A stretch of DNA of 40,429 nucleotides, from positions 1 through 40,429 of IMG/VR virus record IMGVR_UViG_3300037515_000543; one strand, 5' to 3'. Both the position numbers and the translations under genes were made by a program. Below, in pieces: positions 8,830 through 18,611 of the stretch. Position 1 is the first letter of the stretch, and each line of letters begins with the position of its first letter. Under the pieces are notes generated by a model, which made no database searches, was not told the origin of the DNA, and saw only the letters and a program-made list of their open reading frames with translations. The DNA is from a virus. Lineage: Duplodnaviria; Caudoviricetes.

Positions 8830-10265
8830 CGTGGCACCAGGTAGGCCGGGCGGCGCGTGGCCTTGAGTCTTATGTCCACCGGAACGTATGAACCAGCAAA
8901 GTCGAACCCCAGCAACCAATTGTCATCCTGAATCCCCAGTACAAGCGCGGCAATTTCGGCCGTGCCGTTGTAAATCAACGGCAGGCCGTCGTAATTAATA
9001 GAGTGTTCATCGCCTGAAATACCGCCAGTTCCAACCACCGGTTTCAATCGGCTCAATAGCGCGTGTTCAATCACCACACTGTTGTTGGTGTTTTTGAAAT
9101 TTACATCGCGTAATGTCAGCGACGTCACGCCCGCGCCCAGTTCGACGGCCGCCAGTGTATCCACCTCCAGCTCGTGCCCCGCGCCTGAGCCGGCTGAAGG
9201 CACGGCAAAAAACGCAACGGCAGTGCCGCCGGACGCTACCATGTCGATCGAATGATTGAACCATAGCGGCCCGATGCTGGCGATTTGAGGATTATTTGCC
9301 CCCGCCTCCACCCGGATATTGCTGAATGTCCTGAACTGCGTAAAGCCCTTTCCTGCCCGGTGGTAGCGCATTTGAGTGATGTCCCAGTGAATCGAGGCAG
9401 AATTGTTCCGCAGTACCAGGAAAAACATGTATGCGTGATTGCCCGGCGTTGCTGGAAAAGTGTGATTTAAGGTTGGGCTAATCTCCACGGCTACCGTGTC
9501 GTTTGGTACGATATGCAACGTCTCATTGGCCGAAGCGTCAGCATCCGCATGATTATTTGTTATGGTGCTGGTGCCCAGCGTCGCGCCAGTGAGTGTTGTA
9601 GAAACGTACAATTTATCGGCATCGTCGGCGATAAAAGCGAACGCTGTACCTGTTTCCACCGAGTCTCCATTGCCGCTCCTGAACTCAATTTCCACATCAA
9701 CCGGCCCCGGCGTGGTCAGCGCCCCGGTAAACGCGGCCGTATTCACCACCGGATTCTCAGCCTCGCCGCTGGTGACCTCGCTCTCCTCATCCCCCAGCCA
9801 CAGCCCCCGCCGCTCCACTGGCAGCGTGACCGGATTCACCTCAAATACCTGCAAATGCCGGTTGAATTCCACCGGCAAACTCAAAATATCGGCCGCGTCC
9901 ATAGGCGTGCCCAAAACGGCCGTTTGCAGCGCACTCGCCAGCGTCGTGCCATCAATCGCATAATTAAAAATAACCGCGTCAACGGCCGCGCCGTCTTTCC
10001 AGTTCCGCGCCTGGTCCATGGCGGCCGCCAATACCTCTAGCGCCGTCACGCATTCCAATTCACTCGCCCCATGCACCCGCAGCGGAATAGATTCCACCAC
10101 GTCCTCATGGCGTTTGCCGCCCAGCACACCCCGCCGTCGTTTGGCCACACGCGGCCGCCAGCCGGGCAGCAGCGTAATGGAGGCCATGCCGGTATTGGTG
10201 CCGTTCAGGTTCAGCACGCCGCCGGTGATGGCCCCGACGCCGGATAGATTCAAAGTAGTTGCCAT
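8826..10265 (-). CDS. Distal tail (Dit-like) protein
   Basis: Immediately downstream of the tape measure gene; 479 aa. Confidence 0.6.
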   Translation of the reverse strand: MATTLNLSGVGAITGGVLNLNGTNTGMASITLLPGWRPRVAKRRRGVLGGKRHEDVVESIPLRVHGASELECVTALEVLAAAMDQARNWKDGAAVDAVIFNYAIDGTTLASALQTAVLGTPMDAADILSLPVEFNRHLQVFEVNPVTLPVERRGLWLGDEESEVTSGEAENPVVNTAAFTGALTTPGPVDVEIEFRSGNGDSVETGTAFAFIADDADKLYVSTTLTGATLGTSTITNNHADADASANETLHIVPNDTVAVEISPTLNHTFPATPGNHAYMFFLVLRNNSASIHWDITQMRYHRAGKGFTQFRTFSNIRVEAGANNPQIASIGPLWFNHSIDMVASGGTAVAFFAVPSAGSGAGHELEVDTLAAVELGAGVTSLTLRDVNFKNTNNSVVIEHALLSRLKPVVGTGGISGDEHSINYDGLPLIYNGTAEIAALVLGIQDDNWLLGFDFAGSYVPVDIRLKATRRPAYLVPR

Positions 10266-13200
10266 TTAGCCTGTCCTGATGCGCACGTCGGCACGACGGC
10301 CGCTGGTTGCCAGCTCTTCGCGGATAATGCCGCGCAGCCGGTCAACGGTTGGCGCGTCGGTGCCTCGTGCGTCGATATTGATAGTTGTTGAAGAGCCGCC
10401 GCCGGATAGGGCAGGGGAGGAAACGGCCGTTGCGGTTGTCTCCGCATTTATTTGCGGCTGCACCGTGGCAAAAGGCAACGTCATTTCGTTCACCAGGTCG
10501 GCCACGGAATTGCGGACGGCTCCTACGTCCCCCAGGCCGTCAGCCAGGCCGCGCATGGCAAACTGCCCGATTTCCTTGAATACGCCAGAGGGCGAGCTGA
10601 TGTCTAGCTGCTCGTTGGCCTGCTCTATTATCGCCTGAATCGCCCGCGTCATGGCCTGCACAAGCCCCTGAGTGTCAGCGCCCAGGCCCAGCTCCAGGCC
10701 GCCCAAAATATCCTGAGCGTTTAGGCCGTGTTCGGAGATGAGGTCGAGTAAATCCTGCTGCTGCTTTAGGAATGCGAGGTCGGACTGTGCTTTTTGCAGC
10801 GCCAGAATATCAGCCTGCGCGCTCTCGTATTCGGCCGTGGCGCTATTCAGCTCGTTTTGCGTCTGCCAGATAGCCTCGATCTCCCGTTTCATTTTGTCGT
10901 TGCCAGAATGAACGGCGTCGAAGTAGGCTTTGATGAGGCGGTTTTGATCCAACATATCGACATCATCCAGGCCCAGCGTTTCCGCCATACTGTCCCGCAG
11001 TGACTCTAGCTCGGTGCCGCGGGTATCCATGACCGCCTTCAGGTCAGTCATGAGGCCGGATTGCAGCTGGCCAGCGAATCCGCCGGCGATACCGCTCAAG
11101 CTGCTGCCAACCTGGAATAGTCGCCGCGTCGCATCCTGAACGCTCTTTTCGCTCATTGCAATACCATTCACCAAGCCCTGACCAATGTTTCTACCTACTT
11201 CGGTAAAAACTTTTGATGGCGATTCAATCCCCAAAAATCCCTTAGCCGCGTCCAGCGCCGCTTGCGCTGCGTTTTTCGCCGCTTCAGCAATCGCCCCGGC
11301 CCCGGCAGTTATCGCCCCGGCAATGCCGTTGATAATACCCCAGCCAACTTCAGCCCAATCCGTATCATGGAATTTGGCAATCAGATCGAGGATCAGCCCG
11401 GCGGCAATGCGGATGATCGTTTCTTTAGCATTGGTAAATAGTTCGCTAATCCGCGCCCAGGCCGTGTCCCAGGCGTCGCGCAGCTTCTCGCCGAATGTTG
11501 TCCAGTCGCCTTCGAATGCTGCTTTGAACGCGGCAAATATTGATTGGATCATATCAACGGCCGTTTGCACGTTCGTCGATATAAATTCCCAGGCAGCGCG
11601 GGCCGATTCCATGATGGCCTCGCCATGTTCGGCCCAAAACGCTTGCAGGCCGGTCATCACGGTGGTGACGACATTGCGCACGAACTCAACGGCCGTATTT
11701 ACCGCCGTCTGAATCCCCGTCCAAATCTCCTGAGCTTTGGCCATGATGGCCTCGCCGTTCTCAGCCCAGAACGCCTGCACCCCGGCCATAACGGCCGTAA
11801 TCACGCCGCGTATGAATTCCACCGCAGCGGCCGTCTTCTCTTGAATCCCGCCCCAATTTTGTTCCCAGGCCGTGCGCAGCAGGGCCACGATGGCAATGAT
11901 GGCCACGATTGGGGCGGCAATCGCCAGGACAGAGAGGAGGAGCGACCCGAGAATGGGCAGGATGACGCTGGCCAGCAGGATGCCCAGGGCGATAAGGACA
12001 TCTTTTAGCTGAACATGGTTGGCAATCCAATCAATAACCGGCTGCACGTTAGCGGTAAACCACTCCACCAGCTGCGGCAATACGCTGTTGTTGAACATGT
12101 TTAGGGTCTGGGCCAGCTGCATGGACTGCTCAGACGAAAGGCCAAAGACGCTGGCGAGTTGCAGAATAAGCCCCGTGAGGTTGCTCAACATCGGCGCGCC
12201 ATTCTGCATTCGGCTAAAGAAGTTACCGATAACGCCAATAACCGTCTCAATCGCCGGAATTACGGCCGTATTCAGCACATTCTCGATCTTAGGCAGCGCG
12301 CCCTCGGCAAAACTCACCACCGCATTGATAATCGGTTCCATCGCCCCGCCGATCTGGATCAGCACCGCGCTGCCAAATGCCTTAAATCGCTCAATGCTGC
12401 GGCCGATGCCCCGATTCATGGTGTCATAGGCCGCGTCCGTGGCCCCGGTAGAATCGGCCATCTCATCCATTGCCGCCGATACCGCGTCAAAGTTTGGCCC
12501 CGTCACGCCCAGCACGGCGTTCATCGCCTCGACAGACCCAAATAAATCCTTGAAATCCTGCTCAGGCATCGACTGGCGCAAATCCTCAAAAATGCCCGGC
12601 ATGGATTCACCAGATTCGATCAGCTCAGCAAACGACTTTCCGGTCAAGTCCTGAATGGCGTCACTCAGATTAGTACCGCTTTTGCTGGCCTCTACCATTG
12701 CCGACCGGATCTGCGTCGTGGCTACGCTCGTAGGCGTGCCCTGCGCTGTCAGCGTCGCCAGCTGCGCGGCCACGTCACCAAACCCAACGCCCAAACTGGC
12801 CGCCGTGGGGATGACATTAAACAGGCTGGCAGAGAGCTGATTGAAGTCGGTCTTACCCAAGCGAACGGCCGTAAACATCACGTCGCTGGCCTTCGCCGCA
12901 TCTACCACGTCGCTGCCGTAGGCATTCATCACGCTGGTGATGCCGTCAACGGCCGTTTCCAGCTCAGTAACGCCACCCACCGCCGCCTTCTGGGCAATCT
13001 CCAGGAATGAAAAAACATTGTCCTGGGGCACGCCTGCTGACAGGCTCTGGTACAACGCGGGCACCACTTTTTCGGGGAGCACGGCAAAATCTTTACTGAA
13101 TTGCAGCACCTGCCCGCTCATGTCATCCATAGCATCCTGGGAGATGCCAGGCAGCAGGGTAAATACTTCGTTCATCTGGCCCTGGAAACCGATAAACGCC

Positions 13201-13409
13201 GCCCCCGAGGCGACGGCCACCCCCACAACCGCCGCGCCAATGGCAGCAGCAGCAGCCACAGCCACCCCCTGAGCTGCCTTGAAGCCGTCGCCAATCGTCT
13301 TACCTACCCGATCCCGAAAAGACGACGCCTCTTTTTGCGCGTCGTCAAGCCCGCCGGTGTAATCGGCGGCATCGAGGAGGAGGGAGACAAATAGCTTTTG
13401 AATTTCCAT
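10266..13409 (-). CDS. Tail tape measure protein (TP901-like core)
   Basis: 1047 aa; LYQSLSAGV, VRLGKT, W-spaced amphipathic repeats, LGIESPSKVF motif. Confidence 0.95.
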   Translation of the reverse strand: MEIQKLFVSLLLDAADYTGGLDDAQKEASSFRDRVGKTIGDGFKAAQGVAVAAAAAIGAAVVGVAVASGAAFIGFQGQMNEVFTLLPGISQDAMDDMSGQVLQFSKDFAVLPEKVVPALYQSLSAGVPQDNVFSFLEIAQKAAVGGVTELETAVDGITSVMNAYGSDVVDAAKASDVMFTAVRLGKTDFNQLSASLFNVIPTAASLGVGFGDVAAQLATLTAQGTPTSVATTQIRSAMVEASKSGTNLSDAIQDLTGKSFAELIESGESMPGIFEDLRQSMPEQDFKDLFGSVEAMNAVLGVTGPNFDAVSAAMDEMADSTGATDAAYDTMNRGIGRSIERFKAFGSAVLIQIGGAMEPIINAVVSFAEGALPKIENVLNTAVIPAIETVIGVIGNFFSRMQNGAPMLSNLTGLILQLASVFGLSSEQSMQLAQTLNMFNNSVLPQLVEWFTANVQPVIDWIANHVQLKDVLIALGILLASVILPILGSLLLSVLAIAAPIVAIIAIVALLRTAWEQNWGGIQEKTAAAVEFIRGVITAVMAGVQAFWAENGEAIMAKAQEIWTGIQTAVNTAVEFVRNVVTTVMTGLQAFWAEHGEAIMESARAAWEFISTNVQTAVDMIQSIFAAFKAAFEGDWTTFGEKLRDAWDTAWARISELFTNAKETIIRIAAGLILDLIAKFHDTDWAEVGWGIINGIAGAITAGAGAIAEAAKNAAQAALDAAKGFLGIESPSKVFTEVGRNIGQGLVNGIAMSEKSVQDATRRLFQVGSSLSGIAGGFAGQLQSGLMTDLKAVMDTRGTELESLRDSMAETLGLDDVDMLDQNRLIKAYFDAVHSGNDKMKREIEAIWQTQNELNSATAEYESAQADILALQKAQSDLAFLKQQQDLLDLISEHGLNAQDILGGLELGLGADTQGLVQAMTRAIQAIIEQANEQLDISSPSGVFKEIGQFAMRGLADGLGDVGAVRNSVADLVNEMTLPFATVQPQINAETTATAVSSPALSGGGSSTTINIDARGTDAPTVDRLRGIIREELATSGRRADVRIRTG

Positions 13410-13413
13410 CGGT

Positions 13414-13746
13414 TTACTGTGGCTTATTCGGGAAACGGCCGCCCATCGCCGCGAAGCGCATCATGAGTGCCATTTCCATTTCTTGCAGGGACATTTCCCG
13501 GTTGGTCTGGCGGAACTGGAGCAAAAACGATTTAGCTGGTTTGCTGGCCTTACTCTTACCCCGGTTCATGTTGTAGGTTTGCTCCATGAGCCGGGCAAAG
13601 TGCCAGTCGTTGCGATCGTCGCCAAACGGTTCAAGCGACGAAAAAGCCGCCCAGCGGAGGAATTCGTCAACGGTCATCCCATCGCTTAATTCCTGCACCG
13701 TGCGGCCTCCGATTCCATACCTGACAAGTTTGTGAGCCAGCATCAA
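13414..13746 (-). CDS. Tail assembly chaperone, T-like portion reached by -1 frameshift
   Basis: TVQELSDGMTVDEFLRWAAFSSLEPFG resembles gpT; open in the -1 frame from the slippery site. Confidence 0.85.
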   Translation of the reverse strand: MMLAHKLVRYGIGGRTVQELSDGMTVDEFLRWAAFSSLEPFGDDRNDWHFARLMEQTYNMNRGKSKASKPAKSFLLQFRQTNREMSLQEMEMALMMRFAAMGGRFPNKPQ

Positions 13747-13760
13747 GTTTTTATTTTCGA

Positions 13761-14270
13761 CTAATCTTTTTTTTCCTGCTCTGCTGCGTCCTCCGCCGTG
13801 CCGGAAATCTCACGCACCGTTTTAACGATTAAGTTGGTCACCGCATTGGCCATGCGGCCTAGTTTTTCTTCAACTTCACTGTGCTTCAGGCCGTCACCGC
13901 GCAGCACGTCATAAAGGCGCGTCAGCTCGCTTTCTGGCCAGACGATGTACGGCTCGCCGTCCTCTGGCAGGTCAGCAAAAGCAGCTTCCAGCAAACGGCC
14001 GTTTTCCGCGTCCGTCACCAGGCATTCAATCATCATTTTGAGCGGGGCATCTTTCGGCATACTGGCCAAATCCACATCCATAGATTTATCGGCATAGACG
14101 CGGGTTTTGCCCTTTGGGCCGATGGCGATCTTTTGCTGTTTAGCCGTGGAGAGGTCGCAGGCGTACACAATGCCGCTGTAACCCACGTCGGCCAGGTCAA
14201 TCCGGGCCACGCGCCGCTGTTCGGCCAGGTTCAGAAAATCGACGGCGCTTAATGTCACCTTTTCACTCAT
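13761..14270 (-). CDS. Tail assembly chaperone G-like
   Basis: Between tail tube and TMP; ends EKKD at the A8G run. Confidence 0.85.
   Translation of the reverse strand: MSEKVTLSAVDFLNLAEQRRVARIDLADVGYSGIVYACDLSTAKQQKIAIGPKGKTRVYADKSMDVDLASMPKDAPLKMMIECLVTDAENGRLLEAAFADLPEDGEPYIVWPESELTRLYDVLRGDGLKHSEVEEKLGRMANAVTNLIVKTVREISGTAEDAAEQEKKD
13766..13775 (-). other. Programmed -1 frameshift slippery site (GAAAAAAAAG, containing A AAA AAG)
   Basis: GAA AAA AAA GAT TAG; the -1 frame reads R-L-V-E-N-K-N-L-M-L-A-H into the next ORF. Confidence 0.85.
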
Positions 14271-14520
14271 TCAGTTTCTCCAATTGGTCTACCCAGCGGT
14301 CAAGCTGCGTGGCAACGTGGGCGCACGATTCCGCCTTCTTGCCGCCTTTGCTGCGCAGCATGGCCGCCGCTCGAGTCATGTGTTCAATCGCCGCGCCAAT
14401 GAGGTTGCGCGGTTCGGTTTTGGGTTCGTCGGTAGAAGCCCCCGTGACGGGGGGGGCCGTTTCGTCGATGGTCTCAGATACGGCCGTTGGCGCTGTGGCG
14501 CTCTCTTTTTTCTTAGCCAT
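14263..14520 (-). CDS. Hypothetical protein
   Basis: ORF with GGGG SD, in operon order. Confidence 0.65.
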   Translation of the reverse strand: MAKKKESATAPTAVSETIDETAPPVTGASTDEPKTEPRNLIGAAIEHMTRAAAMLRSKGGKKAESCAHVATQLDRWVDQLEKLNE

Positions 14521-14529
14521 AATTTCCCC

Positions 14530-14973
14530 TTAAAGCAGCTGGTCCCACGTGGGCGCGCCGGTCGGAGACAAGCCGATTTCGCCAGTCACTAATTCTTCCA
14601 TTGGAATGCTGCCGTTCAGCGACATAATCCAGGCGCAAAACTCCATATAGGTTTGCTGCGGGTTCATCAGCACGATCCGCCAATTCAAGATCGTCTTATT
14701 GGCCTTGATGCTGACCAGGGTAGACCACTGCGACCAGCGGAAATTCATTGAATAGCTGGTTTCGCCCAGCTCGGAAAGCGGGCTGGGAATATTGGTCTTG
14801 TAGCCGCCGTCGCTGTCATTGCTGGTGGTGTCAATTTTGCCGGTGGAATCCTCTGGAAAATCCAAATCTTTGGTGCCGCCGACGGTGGTCCACTGTGTAG
14901 CGATTACGTCGTAGTATTGGAGCAACGCCCCAAACCCCACCAGTTCCTCTGGTGGGATACATGCTTCTGTCAT
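14530..14973 (-). CDS. Major tail tube protein
   Basis: IDTTSND...YKTNIPS.L and terminal TGAP motif typical of lambda gpV/TP901-like tubes. Confidence 0.8.
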   Translation of the reverse strand: MTEACIPPEELVGFGALLQYYDVIATQWTTVGGTKDLDFPEDSTGKIDTTSNDSDGGYKTNIPSPLSELGETSYSMNFRWSQWSTLVSIKANKTILNWRIVLMNPQQTYMEFCAWIMSLNGSIPMEELVTGEIGLSPTGAPTWDQLL

Positions 14974-14982
14974 GATCGCCTC

Positions 14983-15345
14983 CTATAGCGGAATAGCCAG
15001 AATGAAAACATCGACGGATTCGGGCGTGACGGTCAGATCTCGCCCGCCCAATGTCTGCTCCCAGCCGACGGGCTCAAAAATTCGGGCAGCGTAACCACCA
15101 ATAGCGATGTCCAATTCGGTGATGGGCGCGGTACGGCCGTATGGGTCGTTGCTGCTGGCGATGGTCACCCACTGCGCGGCCACGTTATCGTTGCGGAACA
15201 GCAGCAGAATGCGACGGCCAGGAATAACGATCTTGTTGCCATTGGTGGGATCGCCTGCCGTCCAGGTAACGGCCGTCAACTGCGCGGCAGCTTCACTGAC
15301 ATACGGCCCGGCTACCTCTTGTGGAGCAACTGTTGTTAATGCCAT
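14983..15345 (-). CDS. Putative structural/decoration protein
   Basis: GAGGT SD before ATG 15345; beta-rich 120 aa. Confidence 0.55.
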   Translation of the reverse strand: MALTTVAPQEVAGPYVSEAAAQLTAVTWTAGDPTNGNKIVIPGRRILLLFRNDNVAAQWVTIASSNDPYGRTAPITELDIAIGGYAARIFEPVGWEQTLGGRDLTVTPESVDVFILAIPL

Positions 15346-15355
15346 TATGTTTACC

Positions 15356-15772
15356 TCACTTTTCGATATGAATAATGTAGTCACTGACTACGTGCCAGAG
15401 TTCGGTTTCCGGCTCGTAAATTGATACTGTGTTTGCGCGCAAACTAACGAAAGCTCGCCCGCCCATGCCCGCCCGCTTGCCATCCAGCACGGCGCGGATT
15501 TTGCCATCGACGCGCCGCGCCGCCTGTTTGCTGGCTGCCCAGCTGTCAATCTGATAACGCAGCTGGTGATAGGCACCTACGCCTTCTGGCCCGGTGTGGT
15601 CGCCCACGTCGGAAATGTCCTGATAGGTCACCGCCGGCAGCGTTTCGGCCTGGGGTAGGGGGGCGGGTGTCAGCCGGTCGCCAATCTCCTCGCTCACGGC
15701 CGGGAATTGCAGCAGGTAGGCCGTCAACTCCTCATCTAAATCGACAAAGGGAGAAAGCAGTTCGGTGGTCAT
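15356..15772 (-). CDS. Tail terminator (DUF3168-like)
   Basis: LPAVTYQDIS and RYQIDSWA motifs; synteny. Confidence 0.8.
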   Translation of the reverse strand: MTTELLSPFVDLDEELTAYLLQFPAVSEEIGDRLTPAPLPQAETLPAVTYQDISDVGDHTGPEGVGAYHQLRYQIDSWAASKQAARRVDGKIRAVLDGKRAGMGGRAFVSLRANTVSIYEPETELWHVVSDYIIHIEK

Positions 15773-16137
15773 GGCGTGGTCAGCTCCTCTAATACGTCGG
15801 CTACCTCTGCCACCGCCCGGCCCTTGTTTTCGTCATAGGCGGGTCGTAGGTAGGGCTGGGCACGTTGGCGACTGGTGCCAAATTCCACATGAGGCGCGTA
15901 CTCTGTGTTGGTGCCCACACGGGCCTGGGCTTTCGTGCCGCTGCTGCTGACCTCGGTGTGAATCGACCGGCGCAAATTGCCCGTCAGTACCGGCGCTTTG
16001 GCTTTGGCTGGAGTTTCGATCACCAGCCCGCCGGCGCGCAGGGCCGTGGCCAATTGTGCGCCGCTGGCCTTAGCCTTTAATCCCTTCAGTGTGGCGTTCA
16101 GCTTGTCAACGCCGGTAACTTTCGCACCGCTGGCCAT
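15769..16137 (-). CDS. HK97 gp10-like tail completion protein
   Basis: APVLTGNLRRSI, YAPHVEFGT, AQPYLRPA motifs. Confidence 0.9.
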   Translation of the reverse strand: MASGAKVTGVDKLNATLKGLKAKASGAQLATALRAGGLVIETPAKAKAPVLTGNLRRSIHTEVSSSGTKAQARVGTNTEYAPHVEFGTSRQRAQPYLRPAYDENKGRAVAEVADVLEELTTP

Positions 16138-16508
16138 TAGTGATTCACCTCTTCCAGCTCCAGCTTAGTTTGCTGGCTCTGGCTGTCGTGGTGTACGGCC
16201 ACGATGTTGAACGTTCTGGTTAGCCCGCCGCCAACGGCCGTATACACCACCGCCCGCTGGGTCACAACGATGTCGGGGTAGTAGCCCTGCAAATCCAGTA
16301 CATGCGTTGCCGTCTGCACCGTCAGCGCCGTGCCGCGCTTTTCGGCCGCTGCCGCGCTGGCCAGAATGGCTGTCAGCGCGGTCAGGTTGGAAACGGCCGT
16401 CCACTCATTGACGATCTCGCCATTCGCCTGGCGCGTTTGGGCCGATTCCTGGATCGTGACCAGCGCCGGGTAGAACCGGTTCAAGCTGTCCAATAATTCA
16501 GGGTGCAT
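16137..16508 (-). CDS. Head closure (stopper) protein
   Basis: VTIQ...GE....W pattern and synteny; start uncertain. Confidence 0.7.
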   Translation of the reverse strand: MHPELLDSLNRFYPALVTIQESAQTRQANGEIVNEWTAVSNLTALTAILASAAAAEKRGTALTVQTATHVLDLQGYYPDIVVTQRAVVYTAVGGGLTRTFNIVAVHHDSQSQQTKLELEEVNH

Positions 16509-16545
16509 GATGGTGTCTAAAACGCCACCGCTACCTAATCCGCCA

Positions 16546-16932
16546 TTACCCAGTGCCACGTAACCCATCCTTGTACAAAAATTCACGATATTGGGCGGGG
16601 GTGTTGATTTGTTCCGCCCAATCGAAAGCGCCGTCGATTTCTTCCAGGTCAGCTTCTTCGCGGAGCTGAAGCGCCAGTTTGCGCAGCGCCTCCGCTTCGG
16701 CCGGGCCATCGGTACTCAAATCCAGCAGCTTAATCCGCTTCTGGACAAGCACCTCATTCGTAGCCATCACCAGCAACGCACTCGCCGCCGCTCGTTTGAC
16801 GTTGCCATCAAGCGCCATTGACAAAAAGGTACTGATGGCCTGGTCGTTGAAAATCTGCGCCGCGTCATCGATGTCGCTGATGAGCAGGCGGACTTTGGCC
16901 ACGTCGGTGCTGTAATCGGTGATAGCTGCCAT
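16546..16932 (-). CDS. Head-tail adaptor protein
   Basis: VRLLISD....IFNDQ.I..FL motif; synteny. Confidence 0.75.
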   Translation of the reverse strand: MAAITDYSTDVAKVRLLISDIDDAAQIFNDQAISTFLSMALDGNVKRAAASALLVMATNEVLVQKRIKLLDLSTDGPAEAEALRKLALQLREEADLEEIDGAFDWAEQINTPAQYREFLYKDGLRGTG

Positions 16933-17276
16933 TAAGAATTCACCTTGAACCAGGTCAGAATTTGATTAGCCGTTACCGCGCCAATGCCGGAAACGGCCGT
17001 CAGCGCCTTACCGGTCCGGGGCACGTCCTCCAGATAGGCAATGCCCGCCGTCTCCAAAGCCGCCTTGCCGGGAAAGTCATCCGGTAGGGGGGTCGGGTCC
17101 GGCTCCGCCAGTGGCGATGCCACCACCACCAGCGGCTCACGCAATTCCGTCATCCCGTCCGGTGCCGGTTCTGGCTTTGTCGTCAGGTCAGCCCGTAATT
17201 CGTGCAGCTCATCGAGCAGCGCCTTCAGGTAAAAATCCGTTGCCGACACCGGCCGGGGTAGTTTCCTTTCGTCCAT
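16932..17276 (-). CDS. Small protein with C-terminal helix-hairpin-helix-like motif
   Basis: LTAVSGIGAVTANQI; follows the MCP. Confidence 0.6.
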   Translation of the reverse strand: MDERKLPRPVSATDFYLKALLDELHELRADLTTKPEPAPDGMTELREPLVVVASPLAEPDPTPLPDDFPGKAALETAGIAYLEDVPRTGKALTAVSGIGAVTANQILTWFKVNS

Positions 17277-17289
17277 TAGCTAATCCGTT

Positions 17290-18606
17290 TTAGGAGTTAC
17301 TCCCGTTGGAGCCTACAACCGATTTCGGCTCAATCGTGGCCCCGCCAAAGGCCACCAGGCCCTTGTATTCGGTGGACATGCTTTGGAAGTCGCCCACACC
17401 CTCGTCCAGCCCGCCGCCCACGCGCATCGTGTTCGGTGCCTTCTGGTAAAGCGCGGGCTGCTCGAAGCCAGCCAGGAAGCGCACCCGCGCCGCCGGGCGG
17501 TTGACGTTGGGGTCAGCTGCCAGCAGCCAGGAGGTTGCGCCGTTTGTAGTGGCGATAATCGGGATGTAGGGGTCCTCAACGGCCGTCAATCCGCGGACAA
17601 TCCAGTTGTTGACGCGCACCGTCTGGCCGGAAACGCCGGGGGCGTCGGTCATGTCTACTGACAATTGATTCAGCAGATTTTGCACCACTACCCGCAGGCC
17701 GGGGCCGTGTACCAGGCGAATGCCTTCGACCATGATCGGCTCACCTTCGGAGTCGGTGAAGCCTGCCAATACGCCAATCGCCGTACCCAGGCTGTCGATA
17801 GCCAGATCGGGGTTGTCGGTCAACAGATTGCCGTTGGCGGTGCTGATGAATGTGGCGTCAGGGCCGTTGCTGTCAAAGAGCAGGTCGGTAGCAAATTTGC
17901 TGATGGTGCGACGGCCGCCGCGTCCCAGGACGGCCGGGATTTCGCTGAAAGCGTCGAGGTCGTCATTGATGAGCAGCCGCCAGGCCAGGCGCACCGCCTT
18001 GCCGTACAGCGCCGGGCTGATGGTGTGGCCAGATTCAGAGATGGTCGTGTAGGTCAGACCCTCTTCCTCGGTGATTTCGTCCCACTGCCCATCGCCGCCG
18101 TCGGTTTGGATCAGGCGCGTGGCCCGGAAATCGCGCAGCGGCCGGCCGACATGGATGTACTGCCGCCACACCTGCGGCCGTTCCGTGAAGCGCTGGAGCA
18201 GCATCCGATCTAGCACGTCGCCGACCAAAAGCGGAAAATCGCTGGTGGTCATCGATTCGGAGATTCTGGAACCGTACATGGCTTCTGCCAGGTGGGTTTC
18301 ATGCGCCGTCATGGGCCGGAATACGCCGGGGTAGCGGGCGTTAATCAGCGCGGCCATTTGGGGCGAGGAGGGATTCAGCGCCTCGCGCACCATGTAGCTG
18401 CGCTCCACGCCGTTTACCACGTCGGCGATCAGCTGCGCGGCGCTGGCAATGCGGGATTCCCGCAGGGCATGGGCGCGGCGCTGGGGTTCGCTCATGCGCC
18501 GGATATGGGCCTCGCTAATGCGCTGGACTCTGGAAAAGCCCTCCACAAAATCGACGGGGCTGGGGGCGTAGTGATTTTTACTTAATTGCATTTCATTCAT
18601 CGTCAT
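17290..18606 (-). CDS. Major capsid protein (Mu gpT-like, HK97 fold)
   Basis: TTSDFPLL, YGKAVRLAWRLLINDDL motifs; GGAG SD before ATG 18606. Confidence 0.9.
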   Translation of the reverse strand: MTMNEMQLSKNHYAPSPVDFVEGFSRVQRISEAHIRRMSEPQRRAHALRESRIASAAQLIADVVNGVERSYMVREALNPSSPQMAALINARYPGVFRPMTAHETHLAEAMYGSRISESMTTSDFPLLVGDVLDRMLLQRFTERPQVWRQYIHVGRPLRDFRATRLIQTDGGDGQWDEITEEEGLTYTTISESGHTISPALYGKAVRLAWRLLINDDLDAFSEIPAVLGRGGRRTISKFATDLLFDSNGPDATFISTANGNLLTDNPDLAIDSLGTAIGVLAGFTDSEGEPIMVEGIRLVHGPGLRVVVQNLLNQLSVDMTDAPGVSGQTVRVNNWIVRGLTAVEDPYIPIIATTNGATSWLLAADPNVNRPAARVRFLAGFEQPALYQKAPNTMRVGGGLDEGVGDFQSMSTEYKGLVAFGGATIEPKSVVGSNGSNS

Positions 18607-18611
18607 ATCTC

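Noticed and set aside
16516-16546. Stop-codon recoding suggested by TAATG followed by two in-frame TAGs
   Set aside because: That frame does not join the head-closure ORF. All core genes are full length in code 11, and TAG is used as a normal stop elsewhere.
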